A stretch of DNA of 64,000 nucleotides from Haplodiscus bocki (lineage: Eukaryota), in NCBI GenBank assembly GCA_965655095.1, contig OZ296649.1, forward strand, positions 101,060,001 through 101,124,000. The letters are read 5' to 3'. The position numbers and the translations under genes were made by a program. Every line of letters begins with the position of its first letter. Position 1 is the stretch's first letter. Below the pieces are notes generated by a model. The model did no database searches. It saw nothing but the letters and a program-made list of their open reading frames with translations, and had not been told where the DNA came from. Shown in pieces: positions 1 through 13,699 of the stretch.

Positions 1-56
1 ACCGAATGAACTTTTCAAAGCGTCAAATGCAACCTATCACCTTTACTGTTTCGCCT

Positions 57-108
57 AACTTCGCTACTATTTTAAACACGCCAACTTCGCAACTATTTTA
101 AACACGCC
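57..108. repeat. 26-bp tandem duplication
   Basis: aacttcgc(t/a)actattttaaacacgcc x2. Confidence 0.85.
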
Positions 109-1469
109 CAAAACTAGACCTGAATACTAATTCGAAAGCAATAACTTGCAACAACCCTGTACAATAAACAGATCGTATAAATTATTAGCACTTTATACAG
201 TCATGATTTTAATTAATGCGACCAAGCAATTTTGATACGCTTTACAAAATCCTAAGTGGAGAAGTATATAATAGGAGATCAGAGTAAACAAAAGTACTCT
301 GAGAAAGCTCATTAAAAAGGCTACCACATGGTTATTTTATTTGCCAAAACAAGTACTTCAATGAGGTAGAAAATTGAGCCCAAAGATGGGTAAAACTATG
401 CAAGCAATGCGAAGATTGACTAATACTGGTAGTTTTTGTAAAAAAAGCATGACAATGACGGAAGATAGCAAGAAACAAATTAGATAATTTGTTGGTTCTG
501 CGTGTTCCCCAAAGCTTTCATCTTTATCAATTTTTCCAAAACTATGAATTTTCAGAACAAACTGCAAAAAGTAAAAGTATAATTTTATGTCGCGGGTGTA
601 CTAAGGGTATTATTAATTGTTCACTATTGTTCTCGCTAGCTAATATTGCTGAGCGGCCATACGTCTGCGTTGTCGTATAAGAAAGTCTCAAAAGCTTAAA
701 CTGTTGTTAGCTTTGCAAAGTTGCCTTGCTAAACGGCGGGAACAAAATTGCTTGAGTTCTACAAGCAAGGACGACTTGGTGAGCAAACAAAGGGACAAAA
801 AAGAGATTAATTATTTGATGAATACACGGAAATGGCAGTAAATCCAACAAACGTAAATGTCTACAAGATGAATATTCGGATGGGTGAGATCACCGGGGGC
901 AAGATTTGAGCAATCCAAAACTTTTAAAGATAGACAGCAATTCTTTAATCCAAAATTGAATCGAAAATGTTACAAAACGTATGTGTATATAAAAATTCAT
1001 CAGTCTATTATTAAAAAAAATCAAAATCTCTCAGAAGCCTAAGGCACAATTTATCCACTGTAAAATATCCACCTCCAAAAGATATTTGAAGATATTCATC
1101 CAGCGCTAGAATATCAGCAAAAAAGTTTTCAGAATTTTACATTATCCAGAGTATTCGAAGAGATAAATTATGAAAACGTCGAAGTTTAAGGCATCGCAGC
1201 ATTTATTAAAAAGTAACACGTCAAATTGAAAATTAACTTTAGCTGATATTTGAATTATTCGACTAAATGAAAAAACAGCAATCAAAAACGATAAATTTTC
1301 AAATCTTTCCAAGAAATTGGAAACATCTATCTCATTTAGGAACTAGGTTGAGGTAAGTTTTTGGGCTTTTTGCTTTTGGCTAGGGCGAATGATTACATTC
1401 GTTGTTTCTAGCTCGGCTTTTGCTTTTTGGCTCTTCTTTGTTTTACTCTTATGTTATATGTAATCAGTT

Positions 1470-2120
1470 CAGCTAAGACTTCGGTAGCATGCCATAAAAG
1501 CAGTCAGCCAAGTCAATTCTCTCAAATCCCTTTAGTTCCGGCCGTGACATAAGTCCAACGGTGTTATTGAGCGAGATATCAAATTTTATCCAAGACTGTG
1601 GTGACATGCGTAAAAGCAGTCGACCAAGTCAAGCCTCTTAGGGTCTTCTTTTAGTCAAGTGTTAATCCACTGACGAGGCGCTCTAATGTATTTTACTTTA
1701 AAACTTAATCAAGTTGTTCGTTTAAGCCTTTTGTCTAAGACTGTGGTAACATGCATAAAAGCAGTCGATCGAGTCAAGTTTCATAGGGTCCTCTTTTAGT
1801 CAAGTGTTAATCCACTGACGAGGCGTGTCCATGTATTTCCTCTTTTTAGTGAATGACTCAGTACTTGCATAACATAATAACTGGTCGAATGATTTTAATT
1901 CCCCTTTTGTTCCATACCGTGACTAAGTCTTCGGTCTTTACTGGAGGGGGTTCATTCGTTTTAGCTTTTAATTCTATCTAGAACTCAGTGTCACTTGTAT
2001 TCCACAGTTACTGAGCTATTTCTCCTATTTCCCTTTCTTCTCAAACGCGGTATTTTATTCGCGAGTTTAATTGAGAGGGGTTACTTTTACAATAAAAATT
2101 AGATTAATGACTCACTGGTT
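1470..2120. repeat. Degenerate tandem repeat, about 120-145 bp units
   Basis: aagactgtggt.acatgc.taaaagcagtcga...ttttagtcaagtgttaatccactgacgaggcg at about 1592 and 1737, with weaker copies at about 1475, 1850 and 1980. Confidence 0.6.
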
Positions 2121-4257
2121 TTGAAAGGAAGAAATCTGTCAAAAATTTCTAGCGAGGTTTAACCTGCTAGTAATTGAAAGGAACAACTCACCGATACCAT
2201 CACTGCAGTTGAAGAATTAGGTTGAAGTTTGAGTTCATCTCATGGGTGTTGATTGATCGTGAAGACTGGGTTGTGCTCGCTGGGGAAAGATAAGAAAATT
2301 CATGCAAGAAGGGTTAAGAATTGAGGAGGAGGAGGTCGAAAAGTTTCGACTCGAGGAAATGAGCAGGTGAATTGTAGCGAGCCAATGAATATTATGAACG
2401 TGCAGCGAATGAATATTATGAACGTGTACTGGGTATTATACCCGTTTGGCCACGTGTCCCTGCAATTCCGGACGAGAGCCAATAGGATCATTTGGCGAGC
2501 AAATCGAGTGGGAGAAGGTTGGTTCCGGAGATGAGGAACTTCGGCTTAGACAAATTTTGAGATTGTCTTAGAATATTTCCGTTGAAGTTATGAGAAAATT
2601 GTCTAGGAACAATCTCAGTGACGAGCATTCTCCTCTAGAATCATGATGAGGGGAAACAAAACAGAGTTTCGCCTCGGGGAAGTAAGCTAGTTAACTGTAG
2701 AGAGCGAAGGAATATAATGAAAGCGCGCGGGGTATCTATACCCGTTTATGGCGCCATCCAGTAATCGTCCAATAGGAGAGCGCCGCAGATAGCAATGTTT
2801 GCTTTAGGATCATTTAGTCGGTAGGAAGAGGTGAGGAATGGCGGTTTTTCAGAATTATGAGGAGTTTGCGGCGAGTCAGAATTTGACTTGGAGTAATTTT
2901 GGCGAGTAAGAAGAGCAAAACGAGAAGAGGAGAGTTCAGAGTTTAAGAGGAGAAGGGAGAAGAGGAAAGAAGAGAGTTAGTTGTTGGCGGTATGCAAGTG
3001 AGTGAAATTATGACCTTTTCAGTTGTGCCAAATAACTCTAAAATGGCATCATGCTGATTTTTCATGCCACCAATAGAAAAACAGGGCATGTCAGGCATGT
3101 AAGACCTTTTCACCAATAGGCTGATAGTAGATTTTGGGCAAAATCGAAAATTTAATTTTCCTTTAATTTTATCATCGATTTGTGCAATTCCAATCGAGTA
3201 ATCTCATAATATCCCCTCTGTCGCCATAATGGCGATCAATATTTATTTGTCAATATTCTGTGGCACTTTGTATCCGTCCTTCCGCCATAAAGTCTTCAAT
3301 TCTATATCGTTATGTTTATTCGGGTTTAAATTTGTAATTAATCGTGCCCTCGTTATCTCTGTTGCTGCTGAACTCGATTTTGGTTAGTAAAATTCACTTC
3401 CTTCGTAATCTTAATTTCCTGTTTAATTAACAAATCAACTAACTGCACCCATCAATTTGGGTATTTATCTAAAATCTGATAAACCTTGAGCTCCTTATTT
3501 TGGGCTGAAAACTCTGAGGTTAGTTCCAACTTTTCGTTATTATAAAACCATAAAACTGCAACTTTAGGTTTGAGCTTTAGTCGTAGCGCGATATTTAACA
3601 TCCTATTTTAAAACATTGATTTTCAAATTTAGTAGATTCAAAATGAACTTTTCAATAAGTTTTGAAAACTTTTCCACCGACAGATGATATCAGCTGTCGC
3701 AGAAGCATCAGAAGCATCTACTGAAGAAATAAAATTCCATATGTAACTTTTTAAAGTTACGAAATTCTCCAAAGAATGGAAAATTTGGCCAAAAACGCAT
3801 TTTCCAGTTTTTGCTCTATTCGTTGGAAATTTTTCAAACAAACACCATTATAATCTTCTGAAATTTTGAGAAAATTTTGTTTGTGGTACTTTTTTCAACA
3901 ATGATTATTCCCGAAGTTGTTTGTGCTTAAATTTGATTTATGCGTTAAAGTTGTCGCATTAATTTGAATCGTGACGAGATTTTAAGAGAAAGCTTCTCGT
4001 ATAAATATGAGCTCAGGTAAATGTATTGCATCTCCTTCTGAGGACAGCTAATCACTAATGCCGCTTTTAAAAACAACAGTTAATAGCATAGTGGCCACCA
4101 AAATCTCAAAACTTCGTTTTGCCGATTATTTGCCGATCTTTAAGCGATAATGTTTGATAGAAAAATTCTGAACTTTTCAATGAACCATATTTGTTCCCTC
4201 AAGAGGAGATTTCGTAGAAACCTTAAACCAATTTTCTCGGCTATTCTAGAAGTGTCA

Positions 4258-4263
4258 TTTATT
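4258..4263 (-). promoter_or_regulatory. Candidate polyadenylation signal of DAGL
   Basis: First AATAAA I see on the minus strand, about 200 nt after the stop codon. Confidence 0.35.
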
Positions 4264-4461
4264 ATATTGAAAGATGCAATGCTGTGTTCTTCATACCATC
4301 CAAGTATGGGCTCAGTGTTTTTAAATTTTGGGCTGATAGGCTTCGCTGACAAAATGGCGTCGCTTCCGCTTAGAGGTGCTTCTGCTATTAGCACTGCAAT
4401 ACACTTGTTCAGTTCACAAAAGATAACAAATTTTGGAATTTATAAATAGCAGAAAAGGGTT

Positions 4462-4855
4462 TCACTGCACGATACCTTCATATTCGATGACATTTTCTGC
4501 TTGATGTGTGGAAGATTTTCTAGCTGGCTGAATTTGATTAGGAAAAGCATCTTCATCAGTGAAAATGTCAATTCTTCGCTGAGCCACGACAATTGCATAA
4601 TCCAAAGCATACGGAAAGTGTGATTTGAACATGCGATCACAGAGAAAAATTCGATCAAAAAATGATTGTTTGATCCAAAAGTAGCGATACTCTTTCCATT
4701 TCTTCACATATTTCACAAAATGCGAAGACTCCAGCAGTTTCTTTCTTTTATCATGAACTTTAGCAACTACTTCCAGATCCGGGTCATAGCGTTCGAAGTA
4801 CAAAGTCACGCCAGGAGGATACATCGGAATTTTTGCTCCAATTTGAGAATTGTTT
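4462..4855 (-). CDS. DAGL: DAGL coding exon 7 (catalytic His, stop)
   Basis: Acceptor tttgttgcag, phase 2. Encodes PMYPPG and DRMFKSHFPYALDYA (family MxxxHxPxxx). TGA at 4464-4462. Exon lengths sum to 2349 nt, i.e. 782 aa plus stop. Confidence 0.9.
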
Positions 4856-6542
4856 CTGCAACAAACAAACACAGTTTAGCACGTAACTGTTTGATGAAAA
4901 ATAGATCCCTTCGGGCTTTGGCACTATTGGACCATTGAAAGTTTAACTCTATCCACCACGCTTTATCTTTTCAACCATTTTGTTCTTGATCGCATCCTCC
5001 TCAAAAATTTGCTCGACTGTATAATTTCTAAGTCCAAGTAGTCAATTTCTGAATAAGCTCGATGAAAAAAAAATCAATTTGGTATTTATTGACAATAATT
5101 GTTTTGAAAAATCAATGTAAAGGCTTAATTCTCTGACATTTTTTTACTTGGGAAAAAGAAACACGTTCACATATATTGTTTTTAACCAAGCGTAAATTTG
5201 GAAGTTGAAATGAAGACATCGCATTGCAAGTCACAGAGAAAAATGAATTACAAATTCCACCATAATCCACTATTATTGACTTTTTTTGGTATTCATCACC
5301 AGTTTTTACCAAAACTGAGAAAGGAGACGAGAAAAAGTTCCACGATACATGCTTTCAAGATGTATTTAGCTTTTGAATAACCGATGAACCAGTAAAACCA
5401 AAAGGGTGATGATCATTGAGAAAGACTTCTGAATATCGGTCACGGTCAAGTATTACCTTTCTTTTGGTGTTTTTGATTTCCTAAGTTTGAGAACGGAAAA
5501 ATAAGCCCCAAATATGTTCCACAATGTTTTTTCATTTATAAGCATTTGATAAGGCGCTCAAAGAGTGAAATCGAATTGGAAGTCACTGTCGATCATAGTC
5601 AACTGTTGTACCTTTTGATCAACTTTCTTTTATCACGAATGAAAGTATAAGGCTCTATTCTGTTCCATAAAATCTTTCTTATATATTTTCCTTTTGATTT
5701 AGCGCTCAGTGAGCAAATTTCATTTGGTAATTACTGAGAAAACTTTTGAAAATCGTTCCAAACCAAGAAGCAGTCATTGTTATCAGTTCAAATCCATTTC
5801 CGAAAATATTAGAAACAGGAAAAAACCGAGAAAATAGCAACTGATCAGACAGCTCCTTTATATTTGAATTACAAAAATCGAAAAATCCCAAAATATGTTT
5901 AGAGTAGCGAAAAACAAAAAAAATGAAAAGCAACTCTTTTGCGGTAGTTGCAAAAATTCAGCATCATTCCATTCAGCTCTCTAGCTGTTTTAACAAGGGT
6001 ACGGTACAACGTAACCGCAACCCAGCCGGGTAATTGGCCACCAGGTAACTCTAAGCTGATCAGAGGTCCCCGAGTACCTCTTAAGCTAGATAATTGGCCA
6101 CCACGTAAATCATGACAGGCAACATCAGTTGTGGATTTAGTAACAACAGTTGCCGATTTACATCAATTCCACTTTTACCAGGAATGAAAACGGACGACCT
6201 CGTTTTAATAATATCTTCACCTTCGACTTAGATATCCATAATAGAAATAAGGCATAGAAAAACTTTCTCCTTTCTACCTAAAATGGTTGTCCGTGGTAAA
6301 ATTTGTATGTGAAAATGAATGAACACTCCACTTTTTCTTAAACAAAAAGTGATTCTAACAATGAAATATGATGTACCAAAAAACACCACGGTCTGTTCAG
6401 GCATTTTGTAAGCCGAGTCCTTAGTTGATATATTTAACTTTAGGTATCGGCCTGTACAAACCCACAGACCTCTAGATGAGGATTAACTGCATACAAGGCT
6501 CAAAACCCTATTACTGAATTCCGAATTGTTTAAATCACTAAC

Positions 6543-7221
6543 CTGTGTAATCGATTTAGTTGATCAGCAACTGGAAATGAAGAGCTGCTCGGCTGCAGAG
6601 GAACAGGAGTTCCCTCATTTTCCTCTAGAATTGGAAGCGCCCCGGGGTCATTAGACACCACATGCAAAGTACTCGCATCATGTCGCTCGTGAGGTCTTAC
6701 GTGAGATTTGGTTCTTGAATTATCCATCAATGTTTTTCCACAGTGACAGCCTTCGTCAAGTAGGTTAGTCCTCATTCCATCGGAGGACCCAATTTGGGCT
6801 TCACAGTCTCCAGGAGATACACAAATAACTGCATTTTCGTCTCCGTCTTCTTTGTTTCTTTTCCTTTTCCTCCTTTTTAATTCTTCTAATTCTTTCTCTT
6901 GCTGGGTTTTTCTTTTGAAGCATTTGAAACATGGAATCTTGCCCAAGCAGTTAGCTAAAGATCCGAAAAACAACTTGTTCTTTGGTTGATCGCATTCTAA
7001 TAACACCTGATTCAATTCTCGTTCCATTCTACGCAGGGCACCCAAAGACATTCGAGGAACTATGTCGCATTCGACAACTCCACAAGAAATGAAACTTTTA
7101 GAGTGTTCGGCAGCTTCTGCTGATATGAGCACTCCCGGAGGGGCATAGCAATATCCCTGAATGTCTGGTACATCGATATTCTGCTGGTGACGTAAAATGA
7201 AGGTGACGAGACACGCCACGC
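6543..7221 (-). CDS. DAGL: DAGL coding exon 6 (catalytic Asp and long insert)
   Basis: Acceptor taatttcag completes GHSLGAG. Encodes CYAPPGVLIS and CDIVPRMSL (family xDxVPR). Donor GTTAGT at 6542, phase 2. Confidence 0.93.
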
Positions 7222-7569
7222 CTGAAATTATCAACGCAGGTAAAGAAACGTTCTCGGGAAAGCTATTCGGATTAGAAATACCTATTAACACTCTTCGGTC
7301 GCAGTTTAAAAATCATCCTAAAAAACCAAAATATTTTAGAAAAAGAGCACAGCTTAAAATCGGAGCTGTAACATAACGTGCAAAATTATTTCGTTAATTA
7401 CATGAAAAAATAAACTCGATGTCGTCTAAAAAAATAATTTCACAGGATTCGGGTTTTGACCAAGATGCGACGTAACAGAGATGTTCTATAATGTTAAGAG
7501 ACTAAATTAACTTTTGTTATTTCAAACAAGCCAAAAATATCGAAAAGATTCCGGATGGGCATAACTTAC

Positions 7570-7976
7570 CAGCACCCAAACTGTGTCCACACACAGCAAT
7601 GCCATATCCAGGCCAATTTTCGATTGCATAATCCAAAGCGCCAATTCTGCAGAGCTTTGTATGAACATAATTAGCTGCTGCTAACATCCCTTTGTGAGCT
7701 TTGAAGGTCTCCGGGTAGCCCCAGAGTATCATCACTGGTTCTATTAGCATGTCGGTTACTATGTCAGCCAACGACTGAGTACCACGGATGGCAACAATTA
7801 TGTTTTTGGATTCATGGTCCACAGCCACGAAAAAAGGAACTTCGTGGATTGTGTTGTTAAAGGAAACGACAATTAGATCTTCAAGAGATATACCAGTTCG
7901 ACTTAGAATGGTCCTAGTGTTGTAATGGCCAAAGCACTCCCCTTCTCGAGAAATCAGATGAGGTTTCACGGACCGT
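7570..7976 (-). CDS. DAGL: DAGL coding exon 5 (lipase class 3 domain, catalytic Ser)
   Basis: Acceptor ctttttag, phase 2. Encodes EVPFFVAVDH...IIVAIRGTQS...AHKGM...GHSLGA. Donor GTAAGT, phase 1. Confidence 0.95.
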
Positions 7977-10900
7977 CTAAAAAGTCAACAGATCAAATCA
8001 ATAGGTTCAATTAAAAGAAAATTCTACACAAAACACCTTTTTCAGTCGCTGCTTCAGTTTAGTAAGAAGTCGACTATTACACTGACTCGCTAAATCTTTC
8101 ACTTCTAAAAGATCCAAAATGTGATCTGACCAATGCAAAATGATCGATACTCCAGTAAGATATAAAGTAAACCGGTTTAGTAAGGTTTAGATGCGAATTC
8201 GGGACTAGGTAATTTCAATTTTCTTCGAGAATTCAGCAAAAAAATTCTGGGATTGAGAGTCTGTATCAAAAATTGACTGAAAAATTAGAAAAAGTAAAAA
8301 GTCGAAAATGAGATGCGAATTAAATTACTAACTTGACAATATTAGAATCAATTATATCTACTTGAAATCGAATAGTGAATAAGCACATTCGGATGAGCTT
8401 AGAGAAGCGAAAGTAAAAATAAACGAACGAAAGTAATTAAGCAAGAAGGAATTATCAGCTTCACTTTATGACTCAGACGGCCAGTCGCGCCGATCTGTGA
8501 AGAGGGGCGGAGAAAGAACATAGGTGCAAGGAATTTGCGCATGGCTCTGAGTCCAACCTTAAGGAATTGAACCCCACCACCCTTTGCATGTTCTTCAATG
8601 ATGCAAAAAACACTACTTACTAAGAAAGCACAGACACACTGGGAACAGCCCAAGTCGGCGCAGTTTCGTTACTTGGTCTTGGAAAAAAAATGTTGCGATT
8701 TTTGGAATTTTGGATTTCGCCATTTTGGGTTTTGGAATTTTTGTATTCTTGTACGCTTCCTGGCTCTGATTTGTTCTTTCCAGGACAGCCGAAGGCCTAG
8801 GACCCAAAAACTAGACTAGAATTCTTCTAGAATTTCGTCAACTTATTAAAAAAAAACAAAAGCCACTGTAATAGTCGGGCACTTTGTCTTCCACCGCCGA
8901 AAACTACAAAGCAATCCAGGACAAAAAACTACCAGACATATTTCAGAAATACGAAGTGTGTCGTCATTATCTTCACAAAGAAACCACGGAGACAAAAATT
9001 GGACATCCATCAATCCTTAACCCGGCAAAACCATAGCTTCTGTAAGCACGAAAAAACCAGATCGAAGCTTGAAGGAGGCGAAGAAGCAATTAGAGGCACC
9101 AAGAGGATAAATTCAAACAAAACATATTAAACTTAGCCAAAGGGCTTTCCAACTTTCGCTTCGTTCATCCAGAAACTACCATCAAAAGCGAAGGCAATGG
9201 AACACTTTTTGAAAAAAGCCTGGTGAAATCACGAGACTGAAAAGTTCCGGTCAATTGAGCCGCAGACAGAATGGCAGTTGAAATCTCTCGAAGAAAGGCC
9301 ATGATTCTTTAATTCTTCTTGGATTTTATTTCCAGCCAACGAAAAATTTCCCGTATCGTAAATTTCAATGTACTATTGACAAGCATGCTCGGCTACCAAA
9401 AATGCAGCAACAGGACTTTATTACAAGTTACTTGAATTCACGAATTTTAAACTTTTAGTCAAGAAAAACATCCGCACGACGGGTGCAAAGCATGAAGCAC
9501 TAAAAATGTAGAACAGTAAGGGACTTAGAATTAGAATTTAGCACAAAATCCGATCGCGTCGGAAAACTGCAGACTAATCGAAGTTCCAAAATTTTTGAAA
9601 CATACAACAGTCTACAGGCCCATTTCGACCCTTTGAATAGTTTGAAATTTTTCGACACTTTGGGAATCAACAAATTTGCGATCAATGGTTAACATTTTGA
9701 ACATCAAGGAAAAACTTCATTTCGCAAAAACTTGCAAACTAATTTTCACAGCTGAAATAATCCCAAAAATACCAGGACAAACCAATTCAGACGTATGATC
9801 TGTGCTCGAGTATCACCCATTTTTTCGCCTAACCATCAATTAGGAAACAATTAACCTTTTGCCGAGTCATATGATGCTGATACTGCATTCGATTCAATCC
9901 TACAAGAGCTCCAAAGAACGACTGAATGAACAAACTCAAGAAATATGCAATGAGACCACCCAGACACAGAAATCAAAGTCAGAGAGCAAAAGTGGAAGAA
10001 AATTTTTGGATTTCTCAAAGAGAATTCACGTTTGTCAGTATACAATTGACAAATAGACCCCCGAATTAGGCTCCAAAAATTCAGGCTGAAATTAGAGGAA
10101 AGAGCCCGATGTTGCCAAACTGACAAATCATTAGAACACTTTACCAACAACGTCACTAAAAACAAGGTAAAATTTTTCATTACACGTCAATATATCTCGT
10201 TACAAAAAATCAAAATGCCTTCCAAGGTAATAAACAGACATTCCAGGCCAAAATCGTTGAAATAACGCTAGGTGGAGTCAATCTGACCCCTAGTTACCGA
10301 CAAAAACAAACATTTCTTGAACAGAAGGCAAAAAGAGCTTCAGTTTTTTTCAATACAGGCGGAAATTTTTCCTAATAAAAGTCAAATAAGGACTGCAGGC
10401 TACACATGGAAGACTAGCATTCAACTGGTTGAATCAGCATGGGAAAGGCCCAATCCGAATCAAATAAGAAACATGACTTTGAACAACAGCGAAAGCGAAG
10501 AGCTTCAAAATTATTAATTACAGGCAGAACTTTTCCGTATTGAAAACCCTACAAGGTAATCCGCAGGTAAAATAGGTCGGAGGTAGTTGAATCAGGGCTC
10601 CATTGACCCATTCCCACGACTAGTCACTAAGAAAAACAAACTCAGTCAACACCGCAAGTAAATAAACTTATGACTCTTCAATTAAAATTTAAAAAAAATA
10701 GCAATAAAACTCAAAAACAAACTATCCCTGCTACTCAACAAAAACATAACGAGCTGCAAAAAATCGAAAGACTTGATCCCAGATCGACGACCTCTCAGTC
10801 ACGACGTAATTTCACCGCGCCATTATCATTGTCGTCAAATTATTCCAATACTGCAAGGTCAACGAAACTTGAGAACAAGGATTGGCCTTGCATCCGTACA

Positions 10901-12525
10901 AAAAGTTACCAAAAGACCCGAATGGGGATTGCAAAACCATCCACAGTAGGCTCAACTGTTCGTCGACCAAGTAAAAGAAAACAACCGCTGCTACTGTTTA
11001 ATTAACGAAACAATCAGAGTGAACAATTCAACAAAATATTCATGTTCGAGAAGTGGGAAAAGGTGTACACAAGAACGGGAAACTCCGGATAAAAACAAGA
11101 CAGCAAGCATCTAGGACAGATCGCCGACCTCTCAGCCATGTTTCGTCAATTTCCACCGAGCTATAATACTTACCAGTTCACACGATTCAATCTGTGATTT
11201 ATTTAAAATTGGGCCCGGAAGGAAATCCTAAAGAAAGTATTAAGAACCAAGGACAGTGATAGTGATAGAAGCGCGAGACGTCTGCGGAAGAAACAGTCAT
11301 TATAACAAATATCGATAAAATCGGCCCCAATTCCGCAGAATTAAACTTGAAAAACCAAAAAAGGCAAAAATTGCTATCAAAACATTAGTGAGAGCCTCTC
11401 AAACGGGCTATGATTTTCCACAAATGGATTAGCCAATTCCGCAGAGAAAAAACAAAAGGGAAATCAAACTTGACGCTTATTACGAGAGAACACGACTTAC
11501 GCGAAATTCTCAACCTTGCCAAAGGAAGCAACAACTGGTTTTTCGGTCTATGAAAGGATGTTAAGTTTGCTAGTAAGCAAAAAAAATCTAGCGAAAAACT
11601 GAAAACCGTGTTTTACTTGTGCCAAAACGTACACACATAAACGAGAATAGATGCAAAAAAGCGCAAAGCTCGATGGCCACTCTCTCAGCCATGTTCAAAA
11701 TCTAAAGCGTCACCATAAGTGAGAAAGTCCTCGATTCATTGACTTTAATGAAATATGGGAACGTCAACGGAACATACAGACTCTCTCAGTAAAAGTGATT
11801 ACTATTGCTAAAAAGGCGGAAACATTAGGGTAAAGAAAATTGACGGAGCGAAAGGCGGTATTTTAAAAGGGAAGGAGTGGCCTGAAATCTGCGGAAACAA
11901 AAACTTTGCAGAGAAAGGCATGAATGGCAAAGAATCACGAGGAAAGCCGAAACTTTTAACCCAATTCTCAAAAATTACGGAGCGATAGGCCGACTCAACA
12001 GAGACAAACTAAATAGACGCATATTCCAAACGTCCTAGGAAAAAAAGAAGTCTTTCTGTAAGCCGGTCAACATTCACAGCGAAAAATTGAAGAATACTAA
12101 TGTGACTTGCGGCAAAACGTGTGAACCAAAATGAAAACCTGCAAAAAGCAGAACCTCTCAGGCACGTTTCTATTTCAGCAGCGCCACTAAAATTCAACTT
12201 TCAAATTATTCACATATGGAAACGTCAACGAAACCTATAGGCTGTTTAAGCAATACAACTCAATGATTGTGCTAAGACCAAGAAACATTAAGGGAGATGG
12301 AATTGACCGCGAAAGTTGCCAAGTTGGAGAACGGAATGAAGGATCACCCCTGAATTCGTGAAAAACATCAAGACCCCAAATGAAAATGCAACATCCAAAG
12401 TACTCAACTCAACTAGTCAACCTGGCGAAAGAAACAACGGCTGTAATTCTATAAGTAAAGCAACGATCAGAGCAAAGTATTCACGTAAATAATCTTGTTT
12501 GAGATTTCGAAAAGGGTCTACATAA

Positions 12526-12997
12526 AACGAAGAACTGCGAAAAAATCTGAAAAGCCATGACCCACACCAGATCATCGACTTCTCAACGAAGAACTGCGAA
12601 AAAATCTGAACAGCAATGACCCACAACAGATCATCGACTTCTCAACGAAGAACTGCGAAAAAATCTGAACAGCCATGACCCACACCAGATCATCGACTTC
12701 TCAACGAAGAACTGCGAAAAAATCTGAACAGCCATGACCCACACCAGATCATCGACTTCTCAACGAAGAACTGCGAAAAAATCTGAACAGCCATGACCCA
12801 CACCAGATCATCGACTTCTCAACGAAGAACTGCGAAAAAATCTGAACAGCAATGACCCACAACAGATCATCGACTTCTCAACGAAGAACTGCGAAAAAAT
12901 CTGAACAGCCATGACCCACACCAGATCATCGACTTCTCAACGAAGAACTGCGAAAAAATCTGAACAGCAATGACCCACAACAGATCATCGACTTCTC
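12526..12997. repeat. Minisatellite, 8 x 59 bp, in DAGL intron 4
   Basis: Unit aacgaagaactgcgaaaaaatctgaacagc(c/a)atgacccaca(c/a)cagatcatcgacttctc; eight head-to-tail copies with no spacers. Confidence 0.97.
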
Positions 12998-13699
12998 AGC
13001 CATGTTATATTTCTACTCAGCCAGAATGATTACCAAATAGCAGGATTAATTTTGCTATTTAATTAGATAAATGGACACGAAAGTAATGCTCAAGAGGGTA
13101 TCGGGAACACAAGTCGGTGGTAGTGCTACGAACGTGAAAACGTTAGTCAAAGAATTGACGAAGCAAATGGCGATTTTTGAGAACGAAGGGATCGGCCCCA
13201 ACTCCACAGAAACGGAAAAATACCTTCTGCACCCTTATTCCGTTTCCCCTGCGAATTGGGAGAAACTCAAAATGTCCAGGGTCTTAGCTATTTAGAAACA
13301 CATTCACTTAGGGAGCAAAGAAATTCAAAAAACCTTTTTGATTTGCGCATTCTTACTGCTAATGTGATGGTCCGCATGATCCATCCTCCAATCCCACGAA
13401 GGGGTGCCGCGTTTCAAGGATTTCAAAGGTCGCAAAAAACTCCTCATCTCGGACGAGGTCCCAAAATGTTAGAAATTGCGTCATAGAACTCTGGATAACC
13501 ATTTAGAGGACAAATTCATTCGACACAACCATTAATCTTGAAGGACAAATTCATCAAGAAGTTCACATAGCTGGCAAAACCCTTGGTGCTTGTCTGGATA
13601 CTACTGTGGATTAGAACTGAAAAAAATACTACCGAAACTGCTCCGGCCACTTCAACTGCATAGCCTTTGCTACTTAACGCCTGTGCCCAAGTTGGAATA

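Noticed and set aside
6530-7969. ORF-track starts and ends for the lipase ORFs as separate proteins
   Set aside because: These are exons read into intron sequence; splice sites and phases join them into one DAGL.
8330-8600. Solo LTR in intron 4
   Set aside because: The composition is suggestive, but I could not find TG…CA ends with a matching TSD.
12526-12997. CRISPR array
   Set aside because: Units are contiguous with no unique spacers, there are no cas genes, and the context is a eukaryotic intron.
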